NCBI GenBank assembly: GCA_964633875.1
Contig: CAZWKL010000006.1
Coordinates: forward strand, 19,144 to 83,143
From: an uncultured Pseudomonadales bacterium
Lineage (GTDB): Bacteria > Patescibacteriota > Microgenomatia > UBA1400 > PJMF01
Reading direction: 5' to 3'
Length of the DNA: 64,000 nt
Below, piece after piece: positions 1-9,746 of the stretch. A model generated the notes under the pieces. That model was given only the letters and a program-made list of their open reading frames with translations. It made no database searches and had not been told where the DNA came from. Made by a program: the position numbers and the translations under genes. Position 1 is the stretch's first letter; the number at the start of each line of letters is the position of its first letter.

Positions 1-161
1 GCAAACACTACAAGACCTATAAGCATGCCCATCGCTCGTTTTACGCCCACTTCCCCTTCGCCCAATTTAGAGGTAAGCGAGGGTGGCAACGCCGTTTGCA
101 AATCATCAAAGCTGGAAACTTTTGATAATATTGCGGCAAGATTTTCTTGTTTTTCTGACAT
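1..161 (-). CDS. hypothetical protein, partial (runs off the window start)
   Basis: Manual translation from ATG at 161: MSEKQENLAAILSKVSSFDDLQTALPPSLTSKLGEGEVGVKRAMGMLIGLVVF..., open to position 1; TGGTAAAAT -10-like box just upstream on the minus strand. Confidence 0.55.
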   Translation of the reverse strand, partial: MSEKQENLAAILSKVSSFDDLQTALPPSLTSKLGEGEVGVKRAMGMLIGLVVF

Positions 162-201
162 ATGAAGGTATTTTACCACCATTAAGGTATAAATCTATTT
201 C

Positions 202-285
202 AATCACTTGAAGTTTATTAACTATTAACAAGAATTAACAACAGTGAGTAAATGTTGTTAATCATTAACAAAGTCGAAGTGATTG
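202..285. repeat. 84-bp palindromic intergenic element, copy 1 (inverted copy at 55879-55962)
   Basis: Ungapped manual alignment to the reverse complement of 55879-55962 gives 72/84 identity; outer IR CAATCACTT/AAGTGATTG (201-209/277-285), inner IR ATTAACAACA/TGTTGTTAAT, repeated ATTAAC hexamers. Confidence 0.85.
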
Positions 286-335
286 CCGCGAAGCAAATAA
301 CCCGAGATCACAGCAAGAGATGTTATACTGAAACC

Positions 336-674
336 ATGAAACTACTGCGCATCATTATTGTCGCTATTATCTTGGCAGGACTGGGCCTATTTCTCCTAGC
401 CAGACAGGCGGAAAGCAGTTTTGTGCTGAAAATTCCCTTCCTCGAGAAAACCCTGCAAATCGATACTACTAAAATCAACCAATTATCTGAAAACGCTCCG
501 GAAGAGCTCAAAACTATCACTGAACGTGGCCAAGTTGTGGGTGAACACGTGCAGAATGTGCTTGGTTCATCGGTGAAAGTAAGCGACAGCGCCCCGCCTA
601 TTCACGAGCGCGCCCTCGAGTACGGCCGCTACCTCTACTGCCAGGAGGTGGTAAAAGAGTACGAGGCAAAATAG
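336..674 (+). CDS. hypothetical membrane-anchored protein
   Basis: ORF 252..674; likely start ATG 336 (MKLLRIIIVAIILAGLGLFLL, N-terminal TM) preceded by TATACT. Confidence 0.7.
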   Translation: MKLLRIIIVAIILAGLGLFLLARQAESSFVLKIPFLEKTLQIDTTKINQLSENAPEELKTITERGQVVGEHVQNVLGSSVKVSDSAPPIHERALEYGRYLYCQEVVKEYEAK

Positions 675-683
675 TAAAATCTC

Positions 684-3026
684 CTACAAATTACTCCGAC
701 TAGTAATCTCCGCCTCAACCACATCTTTGTCCTGACCGTATTTCAGCCTGGAGAGCTGCCTGATCATCTCAGCCTGCTTGGGGTTCATTCGTGCTTTCAC
801 AATATCCATATCCTTATACAGCGACATACTGAACGGCGGCACCGGCTCGTTGTTGACGATGGTATTGACATAAACGTGATACTTCTCGATGTTGGTCAAG
901 TCGGACTCGTTGAAAGTGGGTGCAAACTCATGCTGGAGGAAGTTGGCATCCGGCACACCCACTCGGAAAGCCACCATGGTGCCGACGTTGCCGAAAACCG
1001 CGTTCTTCACTTCCTCATCAATTTGAGAAACAAACTGGTTGGCCACAATCAAATTCAGCCGGTATTTGCGAGCCTCAGACAAAATCACCGCAAAATCCTC
1101 AGTGGCGTAGTTCTGGAACTCGTCGACATAGAGATAAAAGTCCTTGCGCTCCGCCATCGGCATATCCTGGCGGCTCATAGCGGCGGTGAGCACTTTCGGC
1201 ACCAAAATGAGCCCCAAAAACTTGGCATCTTCTTCGCCCAAAATACCTTTGGAAAGATTGCAGAGGACAATTTTTTGCTCATCCATAGCCTGGCGAAAAC
1301 TAAAAGAGCTCTGCGGCTGGCCAATGATATTGCGCATGGTTTTGTTGGTCACAAACCGGCCAAACTTCGACACAATGTAGTCCAAAACTTCGGACTTGTG
1401 GAAATCAGAAGTCTGGGCAATTTGGTCTGTCCAGTAACGGCGCACCACCGGATCTTTGACGTAGGGCAGCAATTCATCCACGTACTTGCTGTCAGTGAGA
1501 ATACGTACTAGTTCAATAAAAGTGCTGCCCTTTTTGTACATGATCGTGAGCATGGCGTTGCGAATAGCGTGCTCAAACCGCGGACCAATAATGCCGGTGC
1601 GATGCGGATCATAGAGCTTGTACATCAGACCAATGACCGAGCTAACCACAAAATGCCGCTGCTCTTCGGTTTCAGCTTCCATCATGTTGAGTCCCATCGG
1701 CCGGACCAAGTCTGAGGGGTTGAAATAAATGACGTCATCAGCGCGCTCGGGCGGCATTAGTTGCAGAATGTCCTCGACAAACTCGCCGTGCGGATCAATG
1801 GCACAAACACCCTTGCCTGCTTCAATGTCCTGCAAAATCATCTCTTTAAGAAACTCCGACTTACCAGTACCAGTTTTACCAACAATGTACATGTGCCGGC
1901 GGCGGTCATCATCGCCGATGTAAATTTTCCGCTCTTCACCGCGATACTTTGAAGTACCAAGGTAAAGACCTGCTGTGGGGATTTCGTGCGGTGCCGGCGC
2001 GTTTTTGGCATTGAGCCACCGAATATGATGAGTTTCTACCGTTTTGTTGGGAAAGTGCATCATTGTCGCCAACTCCTCGGTGTTGAGAATAAAAGTGTTG
2101 CGACCAAAAAGCGGCATGTAGCGGTAAATAAAGTCAATCATGAATAAATGTTTGAGAAAAATCCGGCCGCTTTTGAAAGAATTATAAGCAGAAGTAAACT
2201 GAGCAAAAGCGCCTTTGAGATTATCTAAATGAGTGTCTGCCTGGAATTTTTCCGGAGCGGAAACTACCAGGCGCAAAGAAACTCTAAAACCGGGTTTGTC
2301 TAGCTTGTTGCCGATACTTTCCATTTCTTTGGGATCGTGAGAGTAGGTGGCTTTTTCGGGGTCGGCCTCGCGCTTTTTCTCATTGGCAGTATATTTTCGG
2401 CCCTTCTTTTGCCACCTGTTTCCTTCCGGTTGAAGCAAAATTTGTAAGATCGCGCCCTCGCCGTCACTCATTTTGGAAAAAGCGGAAGTGAGCAGTGACA
2501 GTCCATCGGTCGGTAAGTCTTTGTAGGTTTTGATCGGATAAAAATTGTGCTTGGCCAACTTAAGAGAAGCAAACTCAACTCGGCCTTTTTCATTAAAAAT
2601 ATTGACTTCATCTACTTCCTTAATACTGGCGTTGGGATAAGCTCCGTAGATTTGTTTTTCCACCAAATCTTGAATTTTTCTGGAACAACTGACATAAAAA
2701 GCAATGTCTTCTTTGAGAGCCACAATTTCGAAGGCAAAAATATCTTCAGCTTTGATAAATGACCAAAAACCGCCTTTTTTGAGTGAGTAAAGACCGGCGA
2801 ACATCTGCTCGGCGGCATCAATTTTGATCTCGTTGTCGCGCGGCAGTTTCACCAGCAGAGTCACAAAATTGAGGGCATACTTTTCGCGATTACGATGTTT
2901 GTACCACTGAAAAAGCATGTAGCCAAAAACGGCCAAAATAGCAGCAGCCAACAACAACATCAATAAAGACAAAAAGAGCTGCAACAGCATTTGACTAAAA
3001 TTAGTAGTAGCGAGCGTGTCAAACAT
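684..3026 (-). CDS. VirD4/TrwB/TraG-like type IV secretion coupling ATPase (HerA/FtsK superfamily)
   Basis: N-terminal TM; RRRHMYIVGKTGTGKS Walker A; IDPHGE; LYVDEFQN Walker B; LSEARKYRLNLIVANQ motif typical of coupling proteins. Confidence 0.85.
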   Translation of the reverse strand: MFDTLATTNFSQMLLQLFLSLLMLLLAAAILAVFGYMLFQWYKHRNREKYALNFVTLLVKLPRDNEIKIDAAEQMFAGLYSLKKGGFWSFIKAEDIFAFEIVALKEDIAFYVSCSRKIQDLVEKQIYGAYPNASIKEVDEVNIFNEKGRVEFASLKLAKHNFYPIKTYKDLPTDGLSLLTSAFSKMSDGEGAILQILLQPEGNRWQKKGRKYTANEKKREADPEKATYSHDPKEMESIGNKLDKPGFRVSLRLVVSAPEKFQADTHLDNLKGAFAQFTSAYNSFKSGRIFLKHLFMIDFIYRYMPLFGRNTFILNTEELATMMHFPNKTVETHHIRWLNAKNAPAPHEIPTAGLYLGTSKYRGEERKIYIGDDDRRRHMYIVGKTGTGKSEFLKEMILQDIEAGKGVCAIDPHGEFVEDILQLMPPERADDVIYFNPSDLVRPMGLNMMEAETEEQRHFVVSSVIGLMYKLYDPHRTGIIGPRFEHAIRNAMLTIMYKKGSTFIELVRILTDSKYVDELLPYVKDPVVRRYWTDQIAQTSDFHKSEVLDYIVSKFGRFVTNKTMRNIIGQPQSSFSFRQAMDEQKIVLCNLSKGILGEEDAKFLGLILVPKVLTAAMSRQDMPMAERKDFYLYVDEFQNYATEDFAVILSEARKYRLNLIVANQFVSQIDEEVKNAVFGNVGTMVAFRVGVPDANFLQHEFAPTFNESDLTNIEKYHVYVNTIVNNEPVPPFSMSLYKDMDIVKARMNPKQAEMIRQLSRLKYGQDKDVVEAEITSRSNL

Positions 3027-3044
3027 ACTTAGATTATACTTTTT

Positions 3045-3584
3045 CTAGACTTTTTCTTGCCGGTAAATAACTTTGCCAGCAAACATTTTAATGATTTTCT
3101 GACTCCATTCTACCAACCAGCGAATACTAAAGGTGTGGTTCTTTTTCAGACCGGCATCTTCGATTTCTTCGGTGATGGGCAAAACGATGACCGGCCGGCT
3201 AGGATAGGTGGCGGTATCACTTTCTTGGGTGCCGTCGGCGATGAAAATTTCCGGCGGTTTTTGGTCGGCAATATCTTCAACTTTTTGCAAGTAGCCTTCT
3301 ACTTCTACCGGTATTTCGGGGGATTTTTCCTGCTCGACGTATTGAATGGCGCCAACGTCAAACGGGCTGAGATCCGGGCTGGTGTTGGCTTCAGCAGCTT
3401 CTTTGGCGCCAGTAGAGGTTGGTGCAGGTGGATTGAGTTGAACATCGGCTTGATCGAGTGAGTCGAGTACTTGAGAAAAAAGCGCCAGTTTTTGGGTATC
3501 AGACAAATTCCCGGCACCGGGGATGGGGTTGGGGCTGGCGGGACTAGCCGTCACTGATGATGGAACTTGGGCAGCGTTGTTCAT
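3045..3584 (-). CDS. hypothetical protein
   Basis: 179 aa ORF in an operon-like minus-strand run; low-complexity N-terminus. Confidence 0.7.
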   Translation of the reverse strand: MNNAAQVPSSVTASPASPNPIPGAGNLSDTQKLALFSQVLDSLDQADVQLNPPAPTSTGAKEAAEANTSPDLSPFDVGAIQYVEQEKSPEIPVEVEGYLQKVEDIADQKPPEIFIADGTQESDTATYPSRPVIVLPITEEIEDAGLKKNHTFSIRWLVEWSQKIIKMFAGKVIYRQEKV

Positions 3585-3613
3585 GAACTAAAGACAATGA
3601 TATCATCTCCAGG

Positions 3614-4852
3614 TTATTTAACCAAGAATACGGTGCTGCCGATGGCAATTCCCAGTTCGTGGGATTTGCCGGCAGGAATTTCCAAGACCATATCGGCTGC
3701 TGCTTGAGGAGAATATCGGGGGAGCTGGCTTAATGACACGTTTTTTTCGGGAATGGGGGCGCTGGGGGTGATTTCAATTACCTGATTTTCGGCAATCCAA
3801 ATTATGTCTATGGAAAATTTCATCTCTTTCATCCAAAAAGAAAGCGGTTGTTTCTCGGAGAAAATAAACAGCATGCCGTCGCTGCCAAGCTCATCTCTGC
3901 CGCTCAAGCCAAGCGCCATTTTTTCCGGCGTAGTCACTGTTTCAACTTGGAGTTCGTGATTATTGATGATTAGTTTAGTTGTGTTTAGTTGAGGTGTAGC
4001 AGGCGGAATAAATGATGCAGCTACAACAACCAACACGGTTAGGATTGTGGCGGCCGCGAGGACTTGGTGTTTTCGAGCGCGAAAATACTGCAAGTGTCTG
4101 CCAACAGCCAGTAAGACAACCGTCGCGGCCGCCATCACCACTTGATTGACACCCAAGCTCACATCTGCCAAAACTGCTTTATCTGGCCGCAAAAAATCCA
4201 GCCAAAATCTAACCAGAGAATAATACGTCAAGAAAGCCCAAAAATAAAAGCCGCTGCCAACTGGAGGCGAATTTTTAGCGTTGCCTTTCTCCCATATCCA
4301 AGCCAAAAAGCCGGTCATGAGGATCATTTCGTAAGCGAAGAGCGGATGATAATAGGCTTCAGCACTGAACTTTGCCAGCCTATTTTCGGGAGGAATAAAA
4401 ATTTTCCAAGGTAAGTTAGTGGGCAAACCATACAGTTCACCGTTAATCCAGTTGGCAACCCTGCCAATAATTTGCGCCAGCGGAAAACCAAAAACCGCCA
4501 AGTCAGCCAACTCAAGAAAGCTTCGCCCTCGGCACGCCGGCAACAATCTGGCTGCTAATTGCAAGCCCAAAGCTCCACCAACAACCGCGCCAAAAATACT
4601 TAAACCGCCTTGCCAGATTTGCCCAACTACAACCAAATTACCTTGATACAAAGGCCAATCTGTCAAAACATGCCAAAGCCGGGCACCAAAGAGACCAAAA
4701 ATTAAAGCCAGCGCACCCGCTTGCCAAACACCAGCCTGAGGAAACTGCTCTCGCACCGCTTTCTTTTCAATTAACCAAAAAGCCGCCAACACCGCCACAC
4801 CAAGAATTAAACCATACAGATGCCAAGTAACGCCTAAAAATGCAAAGCTCAT
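3614..4852 (-). CDS. lgt: prolipoprotein diacylglyceryl transferase fused to a C-terminal DUF192 domain
   Basis: Lgt motifs WHLYG, GARLWHV, IWQGGLSIFG, QIIGRVANWINGELYG, HPLFAYE; C-terminal GLSGRDEL..DGMLFIF..FWMKEMKFSIDIIWI..VLEIPAG is DUF192-like. Confidence 0.85.
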   Translation of the reverse strand: MSFAFLGVTWHLYGLILGVAVLAAFWLIEKKAVREQFPQAGVWQAGALALIFGLFGARLWHVLTDWPLYQGNLVVVGQIWQGGLSIFGAVVGGALGLQLAARLLPACRGRSFLELADLAVFGFPLAQIIGRVANWINGELYGLPTNLPWKIFIPPENRLAKFSAEAYYHPLFAYEMILMTGFLAWIWEKGNAKNSPPVGSGFYFWAFLTYYSLVRFWLDFLRPDKAVLADVSLGVNQVVMAAATVVLLAVGRHLQYFRARKHQVLAAATILTVLVVVAASFIPPATPQLNTTKLIINNHELQVETVTTPEKMALGLSGRDELGSDGMLFIFSEKQPLSFWMKEMKFSIDIIWIAENQVIEITPSAPIPEKNVSLSQLPRYSPQAAADMVLEIPAGKSHELGIAIGSTVFLVK

Positions 4853-4853
4853 A

Positions 4854-5390
4854 TTAAAAAATAATTACTAAAATACTAAAAATCACCGCAAAAATGCCCA
4901 GTCCCCGTATGTACCACTCCACATCCACGGCAGTAGCCGGGCGATTGAGCTGGTACAAGTAGCGCTGTTTAAAATACTCAAGGTCTTTTTTAGCCAACAA
5001 AAATTCGACCAATAAAAATACCGCCAAACCTAACAACATCCCCACGCCTAGCGTGCTGCCGGTGGACGTCATCATAAAAACGCCGAGAGGCAAGAGGGAC
5101 AGAATGAAAAGCAGCGACCTGGTGATGAGTTTTTTAGCCGGCGCTGCTGGAGCTTCCGGCGCTTCTGACAGCTCCGGTGTTGGCGGCTGGCCCTCTTGTT
5201 CACGGTAATACTCGTAAAGCCAGTTTTCATCCATCCATAAAATCAGCGCTCCGGCATACATGCCAGCCGCCAGCATCACCGTGGCTAAAAGCGGCTCAAC
5301 CTCGGCCCCACTCTTCAGTAAATAAAAAAAACCTCCATACACCAGAGGAATAATAATTTGAATTAGGAGCAGGCGGAGATTTTTTTTCAT
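4854..5390 (-). CDS. hypothetical integral membrane protein
   Basis: 178 aa with 4-5 hydrophobic segments; stop directly abuts the lgt start. Confidence 0.7.
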   Translation of the reverse strand: MKKNLRLLLIQIIIPLVYGGFFYLLKSGAEVEPLLATVMLAAGMYAGALILWMDENWLYEYYREQEGQPPTPELSEAPEAPAAPAKKLITRSLLFILSLLPLGVFMMTSTGSTLGVGMLLGLAVFLLVEFLLAKKDLEYFKQRYLYQLNRPATAVDVEWYIRGLGIFAVIFSILVIIF

Positions 5391-5396
5391 TCTTCC

Positions 5397-6584
5397 CTAT
5401 TCGGCCGCAATTAAATCTAAAAACTCTTTATACAAAATGATTTTCTGCACACTATCATCCACATGTCTGGCAAAAACTGCATCAGTTTCATAATTTTCCA
5501 CCAAAATTGCCACAATTTCTGCCAAATCCTCATCCGACACAGCCTGATCATACAAAAGCACATCGTTGCCCGCTCTCACCGCCTGTGCGCTTACTTCAGC
5601 CAAAGTTTTCCTAGCTTCTCCTGCCTGAGAGTAAAAAACCGCTTCCATGGTCAAGCTATCGGTAAAAGTCAGCACCAAGGGAAAGTAGCGGTGCAGCGCG
5701 CCCACACATTCCGGACTGAGCGAACAGGGCGTGTTTGGATCACTACTATTACTCACTCCCGCATGAGTAATCATCACCCCCGCTTGCGGAAAGCGGTTCA
5801 GCAAGTTGTTGTAAAGCAGGCTGGTTTCGTCATCAACCGTCACTTGAGCAAAGTTAAAATGCAAGTCGCGAGTAGCGCTGCCAATACCAGGAAAATGCTT
5901 ATACACCGGCAAAATATTTTTGCTAATAAATGCCTCTGAAAACTCGGCCGAGCTTGAAGCCACCAGTTCCGAATCAGCTCCACAAACCCGGTTACCCAAA
6001 ATATGATTATTAACCGCCAGATCCAACACCGGTGCCAAAACAAAATTTACTCCTGTTTCAGCCAATTCCCGGCTTGATTGTTCCAACAGTTCTTGCCGCT
6101 CCGATTCTTCGGCTGCGCAGAGTTCCCGCCAGCTTGGCAACTCGGTATAACCAATACCGTTCAAGCGCTGTACCTCGCCACCCTCATGATCGACGGCAAC
6201 CGCCGGCAGCAACAACTTCCCCCTGGATTGAGGCAACGACCGAAGCGCGGCAATCACTTCAGTAATTTGAGACTTGCGAAGCTCATCACCAAAAACTAAC
6301 AAAAATCCGGGATTTTCGCGCTCAAGCCACTCCGTACTGACCGGCGCCGACTCCGTTGCTACCAATGGCACGGCCAACATTTGAGTTACTTTTTCCCTGG
6401 GAGTTAGGCTATTATAAGCCGCTGCAGTGGCCGGAATTTCCGGCTCCGGCTCTGCCACCACCACAGTTTCACCTGCACGTTGATTCCGGTTCGCAAAAGG
6501 CTTAGCAAAATAATTGTAGCCAAGCATCAGCATCAGGATAAACAATAAGAAAATAAATAAGCGAGTCCTTCGATGTTGAGGCAT
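5397..6584 (-). CDS. nagZ: glycoside hydrolase family 3 beta-N-acetylhexosaminidase (NagZ-like), membrane-anchored
   Basis: AVDHEGGEVQRL, APVLDL, KHFPGIGSATRDLH (NagZ KHFPGxGxxxxDxH), TDSLTM, AGNDVLL; N-terminal TM. Confidence 0.8.
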   Translation of the reverse strand: MPQHRRTRLFIFLLFILMLMLGYNYFAKPFANRNQRAGETVVVAEPEPEIPATAAAYNSLTPREKVTQMLAVPLVATESAPVSTEWLERENPGFLLVFGDELRKSQITEVIAALRSLPQSRGKLLLPAVAVDHEGGEVQRLNGIGYTELPSWRELCAAEESERQELLEQSSRELAETGVNFVLAPVLDLAVNNHILGNRVCGADSELVASSSAEFSEAFISKNILPVYKHFPGIGSATRDLHFNFAQVTVDDETSLLYNNLLNRFPQAGVMITHAGVSNSSDPNTPCSLSPECVGALHRYFPLVLTFTDSLTMEAVFYSQAGEARKTLAEVSAQAVRAGNDVLLYDQAVSDEDLAEIVAILVENYETDAVFARHVDDSVQKIILYKEFLDLIAAE

Positions 6585-6596
6585 AGGTGTATTGTA

Positions 6597-6986
6597 CTAG
6601 AAAAGCTCTTGCTGTTCTTCCTCAAGCTCTTGTGACTGCTGTGACTTCTTCTTTTCGTCCAGCTCTTTTTTTAACTGAGACACTTTCCACATAAACAGCC
6701 TAGCTTTACTCTTGGCAGTGTCAGCGTCGCTCACAAAAGACAGCGCCCGCTCCAAAATCCCCCGGTCTTCCACTTTGGCCATCCGAATGTAAAGAGCTTT
6801 ATGTTCCAAATCATCAAGTTCAACCGCCAAACGGTAACCAAAATCTTGAAATTCCTGAGTGATGTAACCTTTAGATTGTTTAAATTGGTACCCCTTGATC
6901 AAAGAATCCAGTGAAGCAAATTTTTCCTCTTTTTGCTTAAGTTTTTTATCTTGAGTATTTGACTGGTGAGAAGAACCCCTGGCCAT
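6597..6986 (-). CDS. hypothetical protein
   Basis: ORF 6597..7004; likely start ATG 6986, 6 nt after TATAAT. Confidence 0.65.
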   Translation of the reverse strand: MARGSSHQSNTQDKKLKQKEEKFASLDSLIKGYQFKQSKGYITQEFQDFGYRLAVELDDLEHKALYIRMAKVEDRGILERALSFVSDADTAKSKARLFMWKVSQLKKELDEKKKSQQSQELEEEQQELF

Positions 6987-7007
6987 AGCGCCATTATATA
7001 GCACTCA

Positions 7008-8249
7008 CTAAATCGGCGGCTCCAACTCTTTGTTTTCGCGCACCAACAAGCTAAACATGACACCAACACTGGCAAAAACAAAAATTCCGGTCCAACCGCC
7101 ATTCAACAAGAAGAAGATCACAAACGCCAACCAGAAAAATACCGCCGCCGTATTAACAATCACCTCGCGGTAAATAAAGTAAGAAAAGGCCCGGCTACCC
7201 TTGCCTCGCTTAATCACGGCTGTATCAAAGAAAAGTGCGTGAACATTAGCTGCCAACCGGTCAAAAGTATCCGACAAAATTATGCCCCAAACCGTAAAAA
7301 CTTGAGTCCGCAAAAGCCAAATAACTGAAAGCAAACCGCCAGACAGATAAAAAGGTTTTTTGTTGCGAGTTCTGTCAATATAAACACCGGTAAAGAAAGT
7401 CACCAACATCGCCAAGAAAAGCGAAATGGTGTAGAGATACCCGACTTTGTCGATGGTGCCCAGCAGCAAAAATACATAAAGTGGCCACAAAAAAACCGCG
7501 GCATCATAAATGTACTTCCCCATCATTGAGGCGGCCAGCCGGCCATACTGTCTTTCCTGCAACCAAGCAAAAAACTCTTGCCAACTCACTTGGAAGCGCG
7601 ACTCTTTCTCATCCATCAGCAAAACCAAACTCACCGAAATCAAAGTCATCACCATGCCCAGTAAGAAAAGTACTTCCATACCGATAAGATAAGCAATTAG
7701 ACCGCTGACGGCCGGTGCCACCACCCCCACCACCTGCAAAAGCAGCTGCAGCATACCCATATCCTGACCCATGCTGGCGCGCTTAGTATTTTTGCTCAAA
7801 ATAGTGAGGTAACTGGCCCAAAAAACCGGAGTTTGCAGACCATTGACCACCGCTACCAGCAAGTACAAACGCAAATTGGGAGCACTGCTCAAATAAAACA
7901 ACAAAATAAACTGCACCAGATAAAGAAGGTAGGAAAAGACAAAAGTTTTTTGATAGCCGATTTTGACAGCAAGCTTACCCGCCCAAATGCTAAAAAGGGC
8001 GCTGAGACTGGCGCTAATAATATAATAAACACCGATAGCCAACATACCCCGCTGCAAATTGGATACTGCCAAAAACTCAAAAATTGCCGTCTGGCTACCG
8101 ACTTGATAAAGAAAAATCGGCAGAAAAAACAGGGCAAACTTGCTCATTAAGTCGCGGCAAACTCTCAAGCCATACAAAATTTTGAGGTTGCGAGTGTGAT
8201 TGATGTGAAATCTGGGTAGAGGGAGGTAGCGACCTCTGCTTCTGGGCAT
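7008..8249 (-). CDS. MFS transporter
   Basis: 413 aa with ~12 hydrophobic segments; GKLAVKIGYQK and GVYIDRTRNKK motif-A-like loops. Confidence 0.8.
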   Translation of the reverse strand: MPRSRGRYLPLPRFHINHTRNLKILYGLRVCRDLMSKFALFFLPIFLYQVGSQTAIFEFLAVSNLQRGMLAIGVYYIISASLSALFSIWAGKLAVKIGYQKTFVFSYLLYLVQFILLFYLSSAPNLRLYLLVAVVNGLQTPVFWASYLTILSKNTKRASMGQDMGMLQLLLQVVGVVAPAVSGLIAYLIGMEVLFLLGMVMTLISVSLVLLMDEKESRFQVSWQEFFAWLQERQYGRLAASMMGKYIYDAAVFLWPLYVFLLLGTIDKVGYLYTISLFLAMLVTFFTGVYIDRTRNKKPFYLSGGLLSVIWLLRTQVFTVWGIILSDTFDRLAANVHALFFDTAVIKRGKGSRAFSYFIYREVIVNTAAVFFWLAFVIFFLLNGGWTGIFVFASVGVMFSLLVRENKELEPPI

Positions 8250-8256
8250 AATAAAC

Positions 8257-8790
8257 TTAATGTTTCATCTGAATGTGGGCAAATAATTCTTGTGTTAATT
8301 CGTTGGTGGCGCGTTCAAATTTTGCTTTTTCATTGGTGGAAAAGCGCTCTAAAACATAATCACTTGAGTCCAGCAAGCGACTGCCATCCCTGGTGTCTAC
8401 GCCCACGCGCACATGCCAAAAATTTTTGGTGCCCAAGTGCTGATAGACAGAAAGCAGACCGTTGTGGCTCTGCGGACCAGTGCCAAACTGGATCTTGTAC
8501 TGGCCAAGTTCCAAATCCAGATCATCGTGAATTACATACAGGTCTTTGGTTTCCGCCTGGTAGTAATCCAAAATTGCCCTCACCGGCTGGCCTGAGAGGT
8601 TCATGTAGGTGGTGGGTTTGGCAAAAAGCAAAGTCTGTTTTTTGCAAATCTGGGCGGAAACCTTGGGTTGATTGGTGAAGTTATCGCAAACAAACTTGCT
8701 GGCAAGCTTATCCAAGACCACAAAACCGGCATTATGCCTGGTTCCCTTAAATGATTCTTCCGGGTTGCCTAGACCAACAATGACTTTCAT
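8257..8790 (-). CDS. pth: peptidyl-tRNA hydrolase
   Basis: MKVIVGLGNP, TRHNAGF, KPTTYMNLSG, HDDLDL, SHNGL, RVGV; start ATG 8790 after TACAAT. Confidence 0.95.
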   Translation of the reverse strand: MKVIVGLGNPEESFKGTRHNAGFVVLDKLASKFVCDNFTNQPKVSAQICKKQTLLFAKPTTYMNLSGQPVRAILDYYQAETKDLYVIHDDLDLELGQYKIQFGTGPQSHNGLLSVYQHLGTKNFWHVRVGVDTRDGSRLLDSSDYVLERFSTNEKAKFERATNELTQELFAHIQMKH

Positions 8791-8837
8791 GCCTTCATTG
8801 TAACATTCATAGCCGCTTGCGGTATAATGGTCAAGAT

Positions 8838-9725
8838 ATGTCAAAAAGCATCACCAAAAATCAAGCGCGCCAGCCCTATTTTAGCATTATCATTCCTACC
8901 CTCAATGAAGAAAAATACTTACCCAAATTATTGGCAGATTTGGCAAAACAAACTAGCGACTCTTTTGAAGTGATTCACGTTGATGGCAGTTCCGAAGACA
9001 AGACCGTTTCAGAGGCTAAAAAATTCGCCAACAAAATTGCTCTTCAAAGCTTTGTGGTCAAAAAAAGAAATGTTGCTTTCCAGAGAAATTATGGCGCCAG
9101 CAAGGCCAAAGGAAAGTGGTTGGTATTTGTAGATGCTGATAACAATCTGCCCCGATATTTTCTTGACGGCCTCAAGTATCAGCTGGCTAAACGTGCAAAC
9201 GTTGACACTTTCACCACTTGGCTTGAGCTTGATAATGGCGGCCAACTCAACAAGGCTATAGAGCGTACTATTAACTACAGTTTCGAGCTTTACAAAGTTT
9301 TGGGTAAAGATGTGGCGATGGGAGCGATGATTGGCGCCCGCAGAGATATTTTTAACCGGTTTCAGTTTGACGAGCGGCAAAAAGTTTATGAAGACACTCT
9401 TTTCATTCAGCAGACAATCAAACATGGGTATAACTACGATATTTTCCATGAACCCAGATACAGCACTTCATTGAGAAGAATGGAAAAAGAAGGCAAGTTG
9501 AAAATGATTTTAATGATTGCGCTGATGAACCTGCGCTACCTGCAAGGAAAAGATTTTTCCTCTATCAATCACGGCTACGTGATGCAAGGAGGTGGTTATT
9601 ACGCTGAGGAAAGTAGCTCTCAGCTGCAAAATTTTCAGAAATTTATCAAAAATACTTCCAAAAAACAACTTTGGCAAGCCAGAAAAGTTTGGAATTACAT
9701 TAAGTCCGAGCTAGAAAACGACTGA
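8838..9725 (+). CDS. glycosyltransferase family 2
   Basis: FSIIIPTLNEE, VDGSSEDKT, QRNYGA, FVDAD (DxD), YED, STSLRR. Confidence 0.9.
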   Translation: MSKSITKNQARQPYFSIIIPTLNEEKYLPKLLADLAKQTSDSFEVIHVDGSSEDKTVSEAKKFANKIALQSFVVKKRNVAFQRNYGASKAKGKWLVFVDADNNLPRYFLDGLKYQLAKRANVDTFTTWLELDNGGQLNKAIERTINYSFELYKVLGKDVAMGAMIGARRDIFNRFQFDERQKVYEDTLFIQQTIKHGYNYDIFHEPRYSTSLRRMEKEGKLKMILMIALMNLRYLQGKDFSSINHGYVMQGGGYYAEESSSQLQNFQKFIKNTSKKQLWQARKVWNYIKSELEND

Positions 9726-9746
9726 AAATGACTATTGGTCTATCAT

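Noticed and set aside
876-1511. 211-aa plus-strand ORF and similar antisense ORFs over valS, virB4, vanW and lig
   Set aside because: Fully overlap confidently identified genes on the opposite strand
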